From Eledone cirrhosa (Eukaryota), in assembly GCA_964016885.1 (NCBI GenBank), contig OZ024740.1, forward strand, positions 289,788,001-289,852,000: a DNA stretch of 64,000 bases, in the 5' to 3' direction. Every line of letters starts with the position of its first letter. Positions within the stretch are counted from its first letter, which is position 1. Below are positions 27,889 to 41,536 of the stretch, piece by piece. Made by a program: the position numbers and the translations under genes. The notes beneath the pieces were generated by a model that did no database searches, was not told the origin of the DNA, and was given only the letters and a program-made list of their open reading frames with translations.

Positions 27889-30360
27889 GGCGGTGATTGT
27901 AATGGAGGTCGTCGTGGTGTTGTTCATGGAAGTAATGTTAGTTGTGTAGGTGGCTTTGCTGTTTTGGCGGTGATTGTAGTGGAGGTCGTCGTGGTGTTGT
28001 TCATGGAAGTAATGTTAGTTGTGTAGGTGGCTTTGCTGTTTTGGCGGTGATTGTAATGGAGGTCGTCGTGGTGTTGTTCATGGAAGTAATGTTAGTTGTG
28101 TAGGTGGCTTTGCTGTTTTGGCGGTGATTGTAGTGGAGGTCGTCGTGGTGTTGTTCATGGAAGTAATGTTAGTTGTGTAGGTGGCTTTGCTGTTTTGGCG
28201 GTGATTGTAATGGAGGTCGTCGTGGTGTTGTTCATGGAAGTAATGTTAGTTGTGTAGGTGGCTTTGCTGTTTTGGCGGTGATTGTAGTGGAGGTCGTCGT
28301 GGTGTTGTTCATGGAAGTAATGTTAGTTGTGTAGGTGGCTTTGCTGTTTTGGCGGTGGTAGTAATGGAGGTCGTCGTGGTGTTGTTCATGGAAGTAATGT
28401 TAGTTGTGTAGGTGGCTTTGCTGTTTTGGCGGTGATTGTAATGGAAGTCGTCGTGGTGTTGTTCATGGAAGTAATGTTAGTTGTGTGGGTGGCTTTGCTG
28501 TTTTGGCGGTGATTGTAGTGGAGGTCGTCGTGGTGTTGTTCATGGAAGTAATGTTAGTTGTGTAGGTGGCTTTGCTGTTTTGGCGGTGATTGTAGTGGAG
28601 GTCGTCGTGGTGTTGTTCATGGAAGTAATGTTAGTTGTGTAGGTGGCTTTGCTGTTTTGGCGGTGGTAGTAATGGAGGTCGTCGTGGTGTTGTTCATGGA
28701 AGTAATGTTAGTTGTGTAGGTGGCTTTGCTGTTTTGGCGGTGATTGTAATGGAGGTCGTCGTGGTGTTGTTCATGGAAGTAATGTTAGTTGTGTAGGTGG
28801 CTTTGCTGTTTTGGCGGTGATTGTAGTGGAGGTCGTCGTGGTGTTGTTCATGGAAGTAATGTTAGTTGTGTAGGTGGCTTTGCTGTTTTGGCGGTGATTG
28901 TAGTGGAGGTCGTCGTGGTGTTGTTCATGGAAGTAATGTTAGTTGTGTAGGTGGCTTTGCTGTTTTGGCGGTGGTAGTAATGGAGGTCGTCGTGGTGTTG
29001 TTCATGGAAGTAATGTTAGTTGTGTAGGTGGCTTTGCTGTTTTGGCGGTGATTGTAATGGAGGTCGTCGTGGTGTTGTTCATGGAAGTAATGTTAGTTGT
29101 GTAGGTTGCTTTGCTGTTTTGGCGGTGGTAGTAATGGAGGTCGTCGTGGTGTTGTTCATGGAAGTAATGTTAGTTGTATAGGTGGCTTTGCTGTTTTGGC
29201 GGTGATTGTAATGGAGGTCGTCGTGGTGCTGTTCATGGAAGTAATGTTAGTTGTGTAGGTGGCTTTGCTGTTTTGGCGGTGATTGTAATGGAGGTCGTCG
29301 TGGTGTTGTTCATGGAAGTAATGTTAGTTGTGTAGGTGGCTTTGCTGTTTTGGCGGTGATTGTAATGGAGGTCGTCGTGGTGTTGTTCATGGAAGTAATG
29401 TTAGTTGTGTAGGTTGCTTTGCTGTTTTGGCGGTGGTAGTAATGGAGGTCGTCGTGGTGTTGTTCATGGAAGTAATGTTAGTTGTATAGGTGGCTTTGCT
29501 GTTTTGGCGGTGATTGTAATGGAGGTCGTCGTGGTGCTGTTCATGGAAGTAATGTTAGTTGTGTAGGTGGCTTTGCTGTTTTGGCGGTGATTGTAATGGA
29601 GGTCGTCGTGGTGTTGTTCATGGAAGTAATGTTAGTTGTGTAGGTGGCTTTGCTGTTTTGGCGGTGATTGTAATGGAGGTCGTCGTGGTGTTGTTCATGG
29701 AAGTAATGTTAGTTGTGTAGGTGGCTTTGCTGTTTTGGCGGTGATTGTAATGGAGGTCGTCGTGGTGTTGTTTATGGAAGTAATGTTAGTTGTGTAGGTG
29801 GCTTTGCTGTTTTGGCGGTAATTGTAATGGAGGTCGTCGTGGTGTTGTTCATGGAAGTAATGTTAGTTGTGTAGGTGGCTTTGCTGTTTTGGCGGTGATT
29901 GTAATGAAGGTCGTCGTGGTGTTGTTCATGGAAGTAATGTTAGTTGTGTAGGTGGCTTTGGTGTTTTGGCGGTGATTGTAGTGGAGGTCGTCATGTTGTT
30001 GTTCATGGAAGTAATGTTAGTTGTGTAGGTGGCTTTGCTGTTTTGGCGGTGGTAGTAATGGAGGTCGTCGTGGTGTTGTTCATGGAAGTAATGTTAGTTG
30101 TGTAGGTGGCTTTGGTGTTTTGGCGGTGATTGTAGTGGAGGTCGTCATGTTGTTGTTCATGGAAGTAATGTTAGTTGTGTAGGTGGCTTTGCTGTTTTGG
30201 CGGTGATTGTAATGAAGGTCGTCGTGGTGTTGTTCATGGAAGTAATGTTAGTTGTGTAGGTGGCTTTGGTGTTTTGGCGGTGATTGTAGTGGAGGTCGTC
30301 ATGTTGTTGTTCATGGAAGTAATGTTAGTTGTGTAGGTGGCTTTGCTGTTTTGGCGGTGG
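27889..30360. repeat. 77-bp minisatellite array, ~32 copies
   Basis: The unit ggcggtgattgtaatggaggtcgtcgtggtgttgttcatggaagtaatgttagttgtgtaggtggctttgctgtttt starts at 27889, 27966, 28043 and so on. Confidence 0.97.
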
Positions 30361-30471
30361 TAGTTATGTTGGTAGTAACTATGGCGGATCGTTGTCATAA
30401 TGTTTTTTCTTGCTGACAATGGTTTTTGTGGTGGTGGTTGTAGTGGTGGTCATGTTATTGTTGATGGTGTA

Positions 30472-30503
<32 letters not shown>

Positions 30504-30548
30504 CATACACACACACACATACATACATACACATACATACACACACAC

Positions 30549-30652
<104 letters not shown>

Positions 30653-30769
30653 GTATATACATATATATATATACACATATATATATCGATATATATATAT
30701 GTATATATACATATATGTATATATATATATATATATGTACATATATATATATACATATATATATACATA

Positions 30770-30827
<58 letters not shown>

Positions 30828-30870
30828 CATATGTATATATATATATGTATATATATATGTATATATATAC

Positions 30871-30950
<80 letters not shown>

Positions 30951-31118
30951 TGTCAGCAAATAAAGATTTTTGATGAATTGAAGGCTTCTTTGTTTATTTT
31001 TTATATAATTTTTCGGCTCTGTTGGATAACATTGAGCTATATCTTATACTGTCATTTCTCTAATACGACGAGCGTGTTTAACTCTAATGCACTTAAGTAT
31101 TTTTATCTTATATATACA

Positions 31119-31149
<31 letters not shown>

Positions 31150-31211
31150 GTATATATATATATGTATACATATATATATATGTATATATATGTATATATA
31201 TATATATATAA

Positions 31212-31764
31212 ACATAAATTATCGAGATTCGCATTTCGGTCCACGAAATAACGAAAAACAACCTCCGAGATGTGTGGCAAGTTCTCAATGATTCAGATGA
31301 ACCAGAGCTATAACAAACGTTAAAGGCCAAACACACTGAGACGATGGTTAAACAATCATTCGCATAGCCAAAAAAAACGATCAAGTAATTCGGGTATTGA
31401 AAATTTACCCGAACCCCTGGAAGGTTGGTAAAATCCAGTATATGGGTTTCTGTGGCTCCTAAATCAAGTACCGCCCGCTTACATAAATAATGTCAGGCTT
31501 CTGGTAAGATGATTGAACAAGGAAGCCACTTTCTCAACAGGTTTTAGTTCAATGTTAATACAAGGACTGACCATTGCTGACCCCACGTGGGGATCGGCAA
31601 GGGAGGCAACCCCTATATCAGGTAAATGAATTCAGTTGTGTATATTTTTGCAAGAATGCAAAAACATCACAAATCGAATAGAGTTCTCAACAGAAGGGTT
31701 AAAATTAACATAAGCTATTCATCAGTCAATAGAATTAACTAAAAAATCAAGAAAATTAACTGGT

Positions 31765-31768
<4 letters not shown>
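31212..31768 (-). mobile_element. Family C HHR element (diverged single unit) in (TA)n
   Basis: Colinear similarity to 23371-23950 (cagagctataac, acccg.accc, aaattaactggtcaata). Confidence 0.75.
31407..31542 (-). ncRNA. Large type I hammerhead ribozyme, U3-A8 variant
   Basis: accug UUGAGAA a-guggcuuccu...aggagccac-a GAAA ccc..cugga..uccag ggg UU cgggu. The helices covary with the 23.6-kb copy. Confidence 0.75.
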
Positions 31769-31837
<69 letters not shown>

Positions 31838-31904
31838 CATGACGAGGCTGTTAGCTCTGGTGTTGTTTTGATGAATCGGAGAATGATCAGGTCTCCATGG
31901 CAAC

Positions 31905-31983
<79 letters not shown>

Positions 31984-32402
31984 AGTGTGTGTGTGTGACA
32001 GTGTGGGCGCACATTTGTGTGGTGTGTGTTTATATCGGTGTATGAATTGAAGACTAAAAGCTACAGGTGATTGAAACAAGTAGTAAAAGTGTATGAAGTA
32101 TAGTTGTTTGAAAGAGAGATGTTGAGAAACAGTAACAACTACAGGACAGAGTGAGAGTGAGAGTAAGAGAGGAGAAGAGAAGGAGAGAGAGGGGAGAGAG
32201 GAGGAGAGAGAGAAGGAGAGACATAGAGAGGTAGTGAGAGAGAGAGAGAGAGAGAGTGGGGAAGAAATAGAAAGAGAGAGAAGAGATAGAAAGAGAGAGG
32301 GGAAGAGACAGGAAAAGAGATAGATAAATAGATATATAGATAGATAGATAGAGGAGGAGACAGGGAGAATCAGAGTGATAGAAAGAGACAGAAACATAGA
32401 GA

Positions 32403-32472
<70 letters not shown>

Positions 32473-32675
32473 GAGAAATTGAAAGCCTGTGAGTGTGGGT
32501 GGTGGGAGAAGGAAAATGAGGAAAAGTGTCAATTGAAGATTAGAAAAGAAACGACAGAAATGGCATCTTAGAGAAAAATAAATAGATAAAGATAAAAATG
32601 TAGCGAGAGAGAATAACACGCATAAACATATAAGCCTAAGCACAAATACACACAATAGATACATACACACACGCA

Positions 32676-33012
<337 letters not shown>

Positions 33013-33072
33013 TATATATATATATACATATATTATTTGTCTGCCTCTCTGTTTTGTTCCCGTCCAAATCTG

Positions 33073-33119
<47 letters not shown>

Positions 33120-33123
<4 letters not shown>

Positions 33124-33452
33124 AAGTAAAAGCGAAGTAGTTTCAGATGTTCAAGTCCTTTAATAATAATGCTGTGATATATATTTCAATGACGACACTG
33201 GCCACACTGTTCTGTGTGCGAGTGTCGTGACATCATCAGACAGCTTGTTACATAATAAGGTTATGTTTCCGAGGCAATCCAAGTTGAATCGACATGGGAA
33301 CGGACGAAGTGTGTGCTTTTGGGTTCTTCATCCTTTCCCCTGTGAAGAACCCAAAAGCACACACTTCGTCCGTTCCCTTGTCGATTCAACTTGGATTGCC
33401 TCGGAAACATAACCTTATTATGTAACAAGCTGTCTGATGATGTCACGACACT
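33120..33452. mobile_element. Palindromic HHR mini-element (~110-bp arms) next to (TA)n
   Basis: 33221-33330 is inverted to 33343-33451. Confidence 0.85.
33171..33244 (-). ncRNA. Type I hammerhead ribozyme with palindromic helix III
   Basis: gcugu CUGAUGA ugucacgacacu...agugucgucauu GAAA uauaua UC acagc. Confidence 0.82.
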
Positions 33453-33610
33453 GGGCCTTCTCTCTATATAAACCTGTAGGTTGTGGAAAAAGAGGAAGAT
33501 AGGAAGGGAATACTCACTCGTTGTGCTCCTGGAGATGAGGGTTGTACATTTTTTCGGGATTTGTACAACCCCTGAGTAACGCCTCCCGCCTATTGGGGAT
33601 TTCAATTGTT

Positions 33611-33657
33611 ATTCCTGATGATTTCTAAAGAATGAAACAGTTCTAGTCCTGTAGAAT
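33611..33657 (+). ncRNA. Type I hammerhead ribozyme
   Basis: attc CTGATGA tttc-taaa-gaat GAAA cag-ttctagtc-ctg TA gaat. The tail runs to (TA)n at ~33742. Confidence 0.82.
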
Positions 33658-33741
33658 CTCATCTATATTAAAACTTTTATACTCTGCAATGTATTGAGTA
33701 CCTTACTTACTGTGGTTACCTCCGATTCAACCCGGAATAAC

Positions 33742-33809
<68 letters not shown>

Positions 33810-33849
33810 TGATGGCTGAGCTCCGGCCGTTTCGACAGCTAGATCCGAC

Positions 33850-33897
<48 letters not shown>

Positions 33898-34018
33898 GAG
33901 TGTGTGTGTGTATGTGTATACATATTTACATGTCTCGATAAATAGATAGTTAGATAGACATATAGAGAGATAGATAGACAAACAGAAAGATAGCTAGATA
34001 GGTAGATAAATATATGTA

Positions 34019-34074
<56 letters not shown>

Positions 34075-34075
34075 A

Positions 34076-34163
<88 letters not shown>

Positions 34164-34425
34164 GTATATATACATATATAAAGTAAGAGAGTCAGAGATA
34201 GATAGAAATATAGACATTGAGAGATATATTAATATATGTATAGTTAGATAAACAGATAGTTAAACAGACAGATTGAGCGTCTCTCTCACAGAAACATATA
34301 GATGCAATGGCAGCCAAGTTATCTATCTATCTATCTGTCTATCTATCTATCTATCTATCTATCTAACTATCTATCGAGACAGGCAATTATATATACACAT
34401 ACAAACACACTCACACAGACGTATG

Positions 34426-34507
<82 letters not shown>

Positions 34508-34600
34508 GAGAGAGAGAGAGAAGAAAAGAAAGCGATTGCGTGTGTCATCTTGACCCCTAAACAGTGGTCAGTAACAGCTGATATATAGTACTTCTAATGT

Positions 34601-34655
<55 letters not shown>

Positions 34656-34954
34656 TATATTCATAGTATACGGCTAAATTAATTAGCATAATGAGTCAGC
34701 GGCTCAATTACGTCATTGGCTGCTTTGCGTATCACGTGGTACATATACGATATAGGATACGTGTGTGATATTTCTATCGTATCGTATGTGAAAATGCATA
34801 GAGACTTAAACTCAAACACACTTCTTCACATACACGAGAATAGACGTAGATGTTAGGTTAAGAAATTTGTTTCAAACCCACAATTTTACAGGACTAGTCA
34901 ACACACACGAAGCACTAGAAGACACTTATTAAGGGTGACATACAGTGGAAATGA

Positions 34955-34987
<33 letters not shown>

Positions 34988-35170
34988 TGTATGTATGTAT
35001 GTATGTATGTATGTATGTATGTATGTATGTATATATACGGAGGGCCGTGACTCGATGCTGTAAAGCAATTATAATAATACTGGACTGTAGTACGATCGGC
35101 TTCAACTATACAAACTCTTGAAAGTCAACAGTTGACATAATCTTGTAATCTTGTATCAGTAATGACAGAA

Positions 35171-35204
<34 letters not shown>

Positions 35205-35626
35205 AAGTGAGTAGAGTAGCGTGTGTGTATTTGTTTGTATGTATGAGTGTTGCTGTGTGCGCGCATATGTATGCGCGTGTGTGTATGTCGTACGTATAAG
35301 TGTCAATAAGTGATTTTTTTTTTTTGCGCGGGCACATAGAAATAATCGGGCTGGATGCCCGATCGCGCAGTTAAACCACTGGGAGTGAAGAACCCCTAGC
35401 CCTTGTCAGGACATTCTTCTAGGAGAAGGCATCTCAGGAAACTGGGTTAACTCCGACATAAAACCTGCGGCTCACTAATTACCGATGATGTTGATCTTTT
35501 CTTCTTTTCGGGTTATAGCTACTGTCACTCAGAGAGTGGGATTGGCTCAGTGCACAGTCTTTCCTCACTTTAAAAATATTCGTCACAAGCATTGCACGAG
35601 TGCATTAATAATTATTAATAGTGTAC

Positions 35627-35668
<42 letters not shown>

Positions 35669-35890
35669 TATTATTACTTTTTTTTTTTCCAATTCAGTGA
35701 TGTTCCAGAACAATATAAAAGAGATAATTGGCAATTTAGGTTCTGGAACAAAAAAGATCATTGGCAATAAGGGCAGGGGCTCCAGGTTATCACAGCCTGG
35801 GCTCGCTCGTCATCGTGCCATTGTAATAGAGCCAAACAAGGCATTTAGTCTTGGCTGCTGGAACGTACGGACGCTGCTTGACAGGGATTA

Positions 35891-37435
35891 TTGGGGCGTC
35901 CTGAACGAAGGACCGCTCTTGTTGCAAAGGAGCTTCGACGTTACGATCTTGACATCGTGGCTTTATCTGAGACGAGGCTAGCTGGAGATGGTCATCTTAC
36001 GGAATTTTGTGGAGAATATACATTCTTCTGGAAAGGAAGAGATGAAGGAACCAGAAGAGAGGCTGGGGTAGGATTTGCTGTTAAGACTGTGCTTGTGAAC
36101 AAATTAGAAGAATTCCCAGTAGGGATTAGGGAGCGTCTTATGTCCATGAGAGTTCCGCTGGACAAGGGAAGATATGCTACCCTGGTGAGTGTGTATGCTC
36201 CAACTATGAGTTCTGTCGATGAGGAAAAGATGTCCTTTTACCATGCCCTGAAAGGTGTTTTAAGAAATATCCCCCAGGCAGACAAAGTCATCGTGCTTGG
36301 TGACTTTAATGCTAGAGTGGGTAGAGATTTTAACACATGGAATGTAATCGGAAGGCATGGGGTGGGAAAGTGTAACAGAAATGGTATGCTCCTGCTGCAG
36401 ATGTGTGAGGAGCTGGATCTGTGTGTTACCAACACCATGTTCCAACAAAAGAACAAATTCAAGACCACATGGATGCATCCTGCATCTAAGGAATGGCATC
36501 TTTTGGACTACGTCCTAGTCAGGATGCGTGACAGACAGGATGTGCAGTGTGTTCGTGTTCTTCGTGGAGCTGAGTGTTGGACGGACCACCGCCTGGTACG
36601 CGCAAAAGTGAAACTAATCACTAAACGTAAAATCCGGGCTCCTGGTGTTGCCCTGCCCAAAAGATTGAATGCTGCTCGTCTTAAGGATAAAAATGTGAAG
36701 AGGACATTGGAAGAAGAGATGCAGGCTTCAGATCTTGGTGAGGATTGGCTGACCCTTAAAAAGTCGGTTTATGATGTAGGCAGGCGTGTTCTGGGATTGG
36801 CGCAGAGGAAACATCAAGACTGGTTTGATGAGAATGATGTACATATAGAAGACTTGTTGGCTGATAAGAGGCGTGCTCTGTCACGCTACTTGACGGCAAA
36901 ACCACAGGAGAGGAATACGTTGCATGAGGAACTCAGGGATGTAAAATCACGTGTTAGGCGGAGTCTTTCTCAGATGAAGGATCAGTGGTGGAGTGAGAAG
37001 GCTGGTGAGATACAAACTGCGTCTGATTCCAATAACACAAAGCTGTTGTACAGTATCTTGCGTGAGGTTTATGGACCGTCTTCTTCTCTGGTGACACCGC
37101 TTCGCAGCAAGGATGGCAAAGAACTTCTTCGTGACTCACAAGGAATTCTACGAAGGTGGCGAGAGCACTTTGATGATCTTTTGAATCAGCCGTCTGTCAT
37201 CAGTGAAGATTTCCTCAATCTCATTCCAGAAAGTCCTGTGAAGGTAGCTCTCGCAGAACCTCCGACGCTTGTGGAGGTTGCAGTGGCTATTTCGAAGCTG
37301 AACAGTGGAAGATCTCCAGGTCTGGATGGCATACATGCTGAGCTCCTACAATATGGTGGTGAGAGACTCCTGCAACATCTTCACTCTTTGTTTGGACTAA
37401 TGAATCCGTACCTGAGGACTGGAGAGATGCAGTAA
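35891..37435 (+). pseudogene. RTE LINE ORF, AP endonuclease and linker part
   Basis: 514-aa ORF with APE motifs; it frameshifts out just before PEDWRDA. Confidence 0.9.
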
Positions 37436-39066
37436 TGGTGGTCTTGTACAAGGGAAAGGGTAACAGGAACGATTGTGGGAACTACAGAGGTATATCATTG
37501 CTTTCTGTCGTAGGGAAAGTTTTATGTAGGGTGCTTCTGGACCGTCTGCTGACACACATTGCAGATTGTGTTCTTCCTGAAAGTCAATCTGGTTTTTGTG
37601 CTGGACGCGGCACTACTGATATGATCTTCTCAGCTAGACGGCTCCAGGAGAAGTGCATGGAACAAGGCTTGGATCTGTATCAGGTTTTTGTCGATCTGAC
37701 AAAAGCTTTCTATACTGTTAACAGAGATGCATTATGGAAGGTTCTCCAGAAACTTGGTTGCCCTGATAAGTTCCTTGCTTTAGTTAGGTCTTTCCATGAC
37801 GACATGAAGGCTTGGGCTAATGTCGGGGGTAACATGTCGGAGCCTATCTCAGTAAAAAATGGAGTGAAGCAGGGGGATATTCCAGCACCGACCCTGTTTG
37901 CCATATACTTTGCAATGGTTTTCTGTATTGCATTCAGGAATTGCGAGCATGGTGTTTACATCCGATATCGAACCTCAGGCAGCATATTTAACATCAGGCG
38001 CTTTGCTGCGAAGACAAAAGTATTTACATCAATCATAAGAGACCTCTTGTATGCAGATGATTGCGATCTTGTAGCGCACACAGAGAGTGATATGCAGCAC
38101 ATTTTAAATGCATTTTATGACTCTTGCACTGCCCTAGGTCTGGTTGTCAGTCTCAAGAAAACCGTCGTCATGTACCAACCTGACCCTGGTAAGCAGTACA
38201 CTGAACCAAACATCTATGTGTATGGCAAACGACTTGGAGTGGTTGATCAGTTTGTCTACCTGGGAAGCACTGTCAATCGATACAGCAACCTTGACAGTGA
38301 AATCTCACTTAGGATTAGGAAAGCAAGTGATGCTTTCGGAAAGCTAGAAAGGCGACTCTGGGGTCGGCGAGACATATGCAGGAGGACAAAGGTAAAGGTG
38401 TACAGGGCATGTGTGCTCTCTTGTCTTCTTTATGCCTGCGAGACCTGGGTCACATATCGACACCACCTTAAGCAATTGGAGCGTTTCCATCAGATGTGTC
38501 TCAGACGGATCCATGGCGTTCACTGGAGGGACCACATCAGTGATGTCGAGATTTTGGAAAGCTCTATGTGTGACAGTATAGAAGCTCTTGTGCTTAAGCA
38601 ACGACTCCGTTGGAGTGGTCACCTTGCCAGGATGAAGGATTCTAGAATACCAAAACAACTCTTTTATGGAGAGTTGGTTAAAGGAAAACGACCGCCACAT
38701 AAACCAAAAAAGAGGTATAAGTATTCCTTGAAAGCCTCTCTGAAAGACGCTAACATCTCTGCTGATACATGGGAGAATATTGCTGCTGATCGTAATAAAT
38801 GGAGAAAGACTGTATATGAGGGAAAAGTTGCCTTTGAGGCATCTCGAATTGCATACGAGAAAGTAAAGCGGGATGTGAGGAAGGGCATTGCTGTTGCACT
38901 TCCAGACGGCGAGGGTCCTCCTATGGTGCTGACATGCAGCGTATGTGCGAGACTCTGCCTAAGCAAAGCTGGACTCGAAAGTCATCTTCGCAGTCATAAA
39001 GTAAGACCAGTGGTTGACTACCAGGCTGCTGTTGGAGATGCTACTCATCATGCTTGCCAAACATGA
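37435..39066 (+). pseudogene. RTE LINE ORF, reverse transcriptase part
   Basis: 543-aa ORF with a complete RT core (YADD) and the finger CSVCARLCLSKAGLESHLRSH. Confidence 0.92.
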
Positions 39067-39338
39067 GGTAGAGAATGTAAATCAGCAGGAGGGCTCAAGC
39101 GACATGCAAAAGTACACGAACTCCAACCACAGCCGACTATTCCCAGTGAATGTTTTGGTTGCCGACTCTGTGCAAGACATTTTAGATCATTGGCTGGGCT
39201 AAAAAGCCACATTCGATCGCAGCGCTGTTAGTTGCTATCGTGTGTGTGTGTGTGTGTAGATACGCTTATGTGTGTGCGTGTGTGTGTATATATATATGTA
39301 TATGTATATTATTATTGTTGTTGTCGTTATTATTATTG

Positions 39339-39376
<38 letters not shown>

Positions 39377-39473
39377 GTTATTAATGTATGTGTGTGTGTA
39401 TATTGTGTGTGGGTGTGTAGGTGTGTGTGTGTGTGTGTGTATATGTGTATGTATATGTATATATATATATTTC

Positions 39474-39506
<33 letters not shown>

Positions 39507-39578
39507 TTTTTTTTTTTTTTCTCGTGCAATGGCCATACTCGATAACGAGGGGGCAGCCATCATCATCATATATATATA

Positions 39579-40025
39579 TAGGAACAAATAAGACCCCGAC
39601 GGCTGAGCTCAAGCCGTTTCGACGGCTAATTCTGTACTGGGAAAAAAGTTCTCCATCTAAGTCTTTTAGCAAATAGATCGATTTTTTGCGTGAGCATCCG
39701 AAGGTAAAGTTTTTTTGGTGGGATTGGGATGTTCTTGGTAGAGAAGTCGATATTGTGTTTTCGCATGGTGCGGGTGAAAGAAATTGAGCTTAGCGGAAAA
39801 GTCTGGATACGGCGTGGTAAGGTCGGAAAGTGCTCTACTACGAGGATAGGAGCTAGATAACGAAGGAAATGTGGTAAGGAACCAGATGGACCATAACGCA
39901 CCAAAGTACTCAATACTTAGGGTAGTAGAGTGGGTAATAGGAACAAATAAGACCCCGACTACCCTAAGTATTGAGTACTTTGGTGCGTTATGGTCCACCT
40001 GGTTCCTTACCACATTTCCTTCGTT
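39579..40025 (-). mobile_element. Long family A copy carrying the N-terminus of a Naiad-type Penelope ORF
   Basis: Minus-strand MRKHNIDFSTKNIPIPPKKLYLRMLTQKIDLFAKRLRWRTFF lies between two family A segments (~360-bp period), plus an inverted arm at 39960-40025. Confidence 0.8.
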
Positions 40026-40434
40026 ATATATATATATATATATTTATATAAACATTCTGCAAATCATCCATCGTAGATGTGGTATCCAAAACAATCTCTT
40101 TGGAACATACACACACATACACACACACGCCCACACTGTGTGTGTGTGTGTGTGTATGGGTGTGAGAATGTGTGTGTGTGTGTGTGTTTGTGTGTATGTT
40201 CCGAAGAGATTGTTTTGGTAAAAACAGGAGCAAGCAGGACAAAGCTCTCAATCATTCGTAGTTTGTAGTTACGATGGAGATTAGTATAAAAATCCAATTC
40301 CATCCCGCCCGTCCTTTTAATCTATTTTATTTCTCATTCTTTCTTATGATGAAGGACTAGCGTCCGAAACATTAAGACCCTCTTCCTGCTATATCAAGAG
40401 ATTGGATATGTCGCATGTCCAATCTCTCATATAA

Positions 40435-40493
40435 TTTATCTGATGAAAACGTACTTAAACACTATTGTACCTTTGAAATATGTATAATAAAAT
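40435..40493 (+). ncRNA. Minimal type I hammerhead ribozyme (same family as 15441 and 63168)
   Basis: tttat CTGATGA aaacgtac-ttaaacactatt-gtaccttt GAAA tatgta TA ataaa. Confidence 0.85.
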
Positions 40494-40798
40494 ATATATT
40501 TTGGTTATGAGAATATTTTTCATTTATTAATATTTTGAATAATATTAAATACTCCAGAAAATAACAGTCGAGTGCTTCTAATCTATTGTAAAATTGTATT
40601 CGTTGAATAACCAACGAACCATATAAAATTTGGTTATATATATATAGATCAAATAAATCCGCGGTAAGCCCCATGAGGTAAGATCCGAAAGATTAGAAAA
40701 TAAGCATTACCATAAAGCAATAATATGTATTGAAAGGAAAACCTTAGGGATTCAATATGTTTTATGTTTTCAATCCCTGGAAACTCTTTGGTTTTCCT

Positions 40799-40845
<47 letters not shown>

Positions 40846-40850
<5 letters not shown>

Positions 40851-41034
40851 GTTTCTACTTTTGGCACAAGGCCAGCAAATATCCCACTGTATTACTGGTA
40901 CTTTATTTTATCGACCCCATAAGGATGAAAGGCAAAGTTAACCTCGGCGGGATTTGAACTAAGAATGGCAAGGGCCGTAACTCTATGCGTCAAAGCATGG
41001 CGTCCGACCCTCTACCTATACTGCCAATCCACCA
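40846..41034 (-). mobile_element. tRNA-derived SINE
   Basis: SINE consensus. Confidence 0.9.
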
Positions 41035-41536
41035 CATACGGTTTTGGTTATTCACTTCCAAGAGAGAGAAAGAAAAAGAGAGTGCAAGAGAGTGGGAGAG
41101 TACTTTTATGTAGATATAAGTAGCTTTATGTTCAAAGAATAAAGTATTCGATGCTGAGATAAATAACTCAATATCTATTTCAACGTTGAGAATTTCACCA
41201 TAACTTAATTACAAGCACGTTATCCTCATAGAATTGTATATCATAATTTATACAATTGAATGTGTATATGCCCAAGCGACATGTGAATGTCTGCGTTTTC
41301 GTTCAATAACCGGAACAAAAGGAATGGTTAGTCAAAAGTGGAAGAGTGGAAGTCTGAGGTGCAGCTTATATTAAATGAAATTAAGATATATATTAGAGAA
41401 TATAAAGAAAATAACGTAGGTCTATTGTTTCTTCGCAGAGTTGTTTGTGACCCGAGAAATGTTGTATGTATGTATGTATGTATGTATGTATGTATGTATG
41501 TATGTATGTATGTATGTATGTATGTATGTATGTATG

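Larger units (their letters stand above)
35690..39570 (+). mobile_element. Near full-length RTE-clade LINE (APE + RT + C-terminal C2H2 fingers)
   Basis: APE motifs GCWNVRTL, DIVALSETR, LGDFNARVG, LDYV and TDHRLV; RT motifs NYRGISLLS, FVDLTKAF, GVKQG and LLYADD. The 3' end is gccatactcgataacgagggggcagcc(atc)n. Frameshifts near 35890 and 37390. Confidence 0.97.

Noticed and set aside
27889-30360. CRISPR-like regular array
   Set aside because: Contiguous identical units with no unique spacers, no cas genes, and a eukaryotic context.
40342-40377. HHR-like tctt ATGATGA aggac-tagc-gtcc GAAA catt aaga
   Set aside because: C3 is replaced by A without compensation and helix III is marginal. Probably a decayed HHR; not counted.
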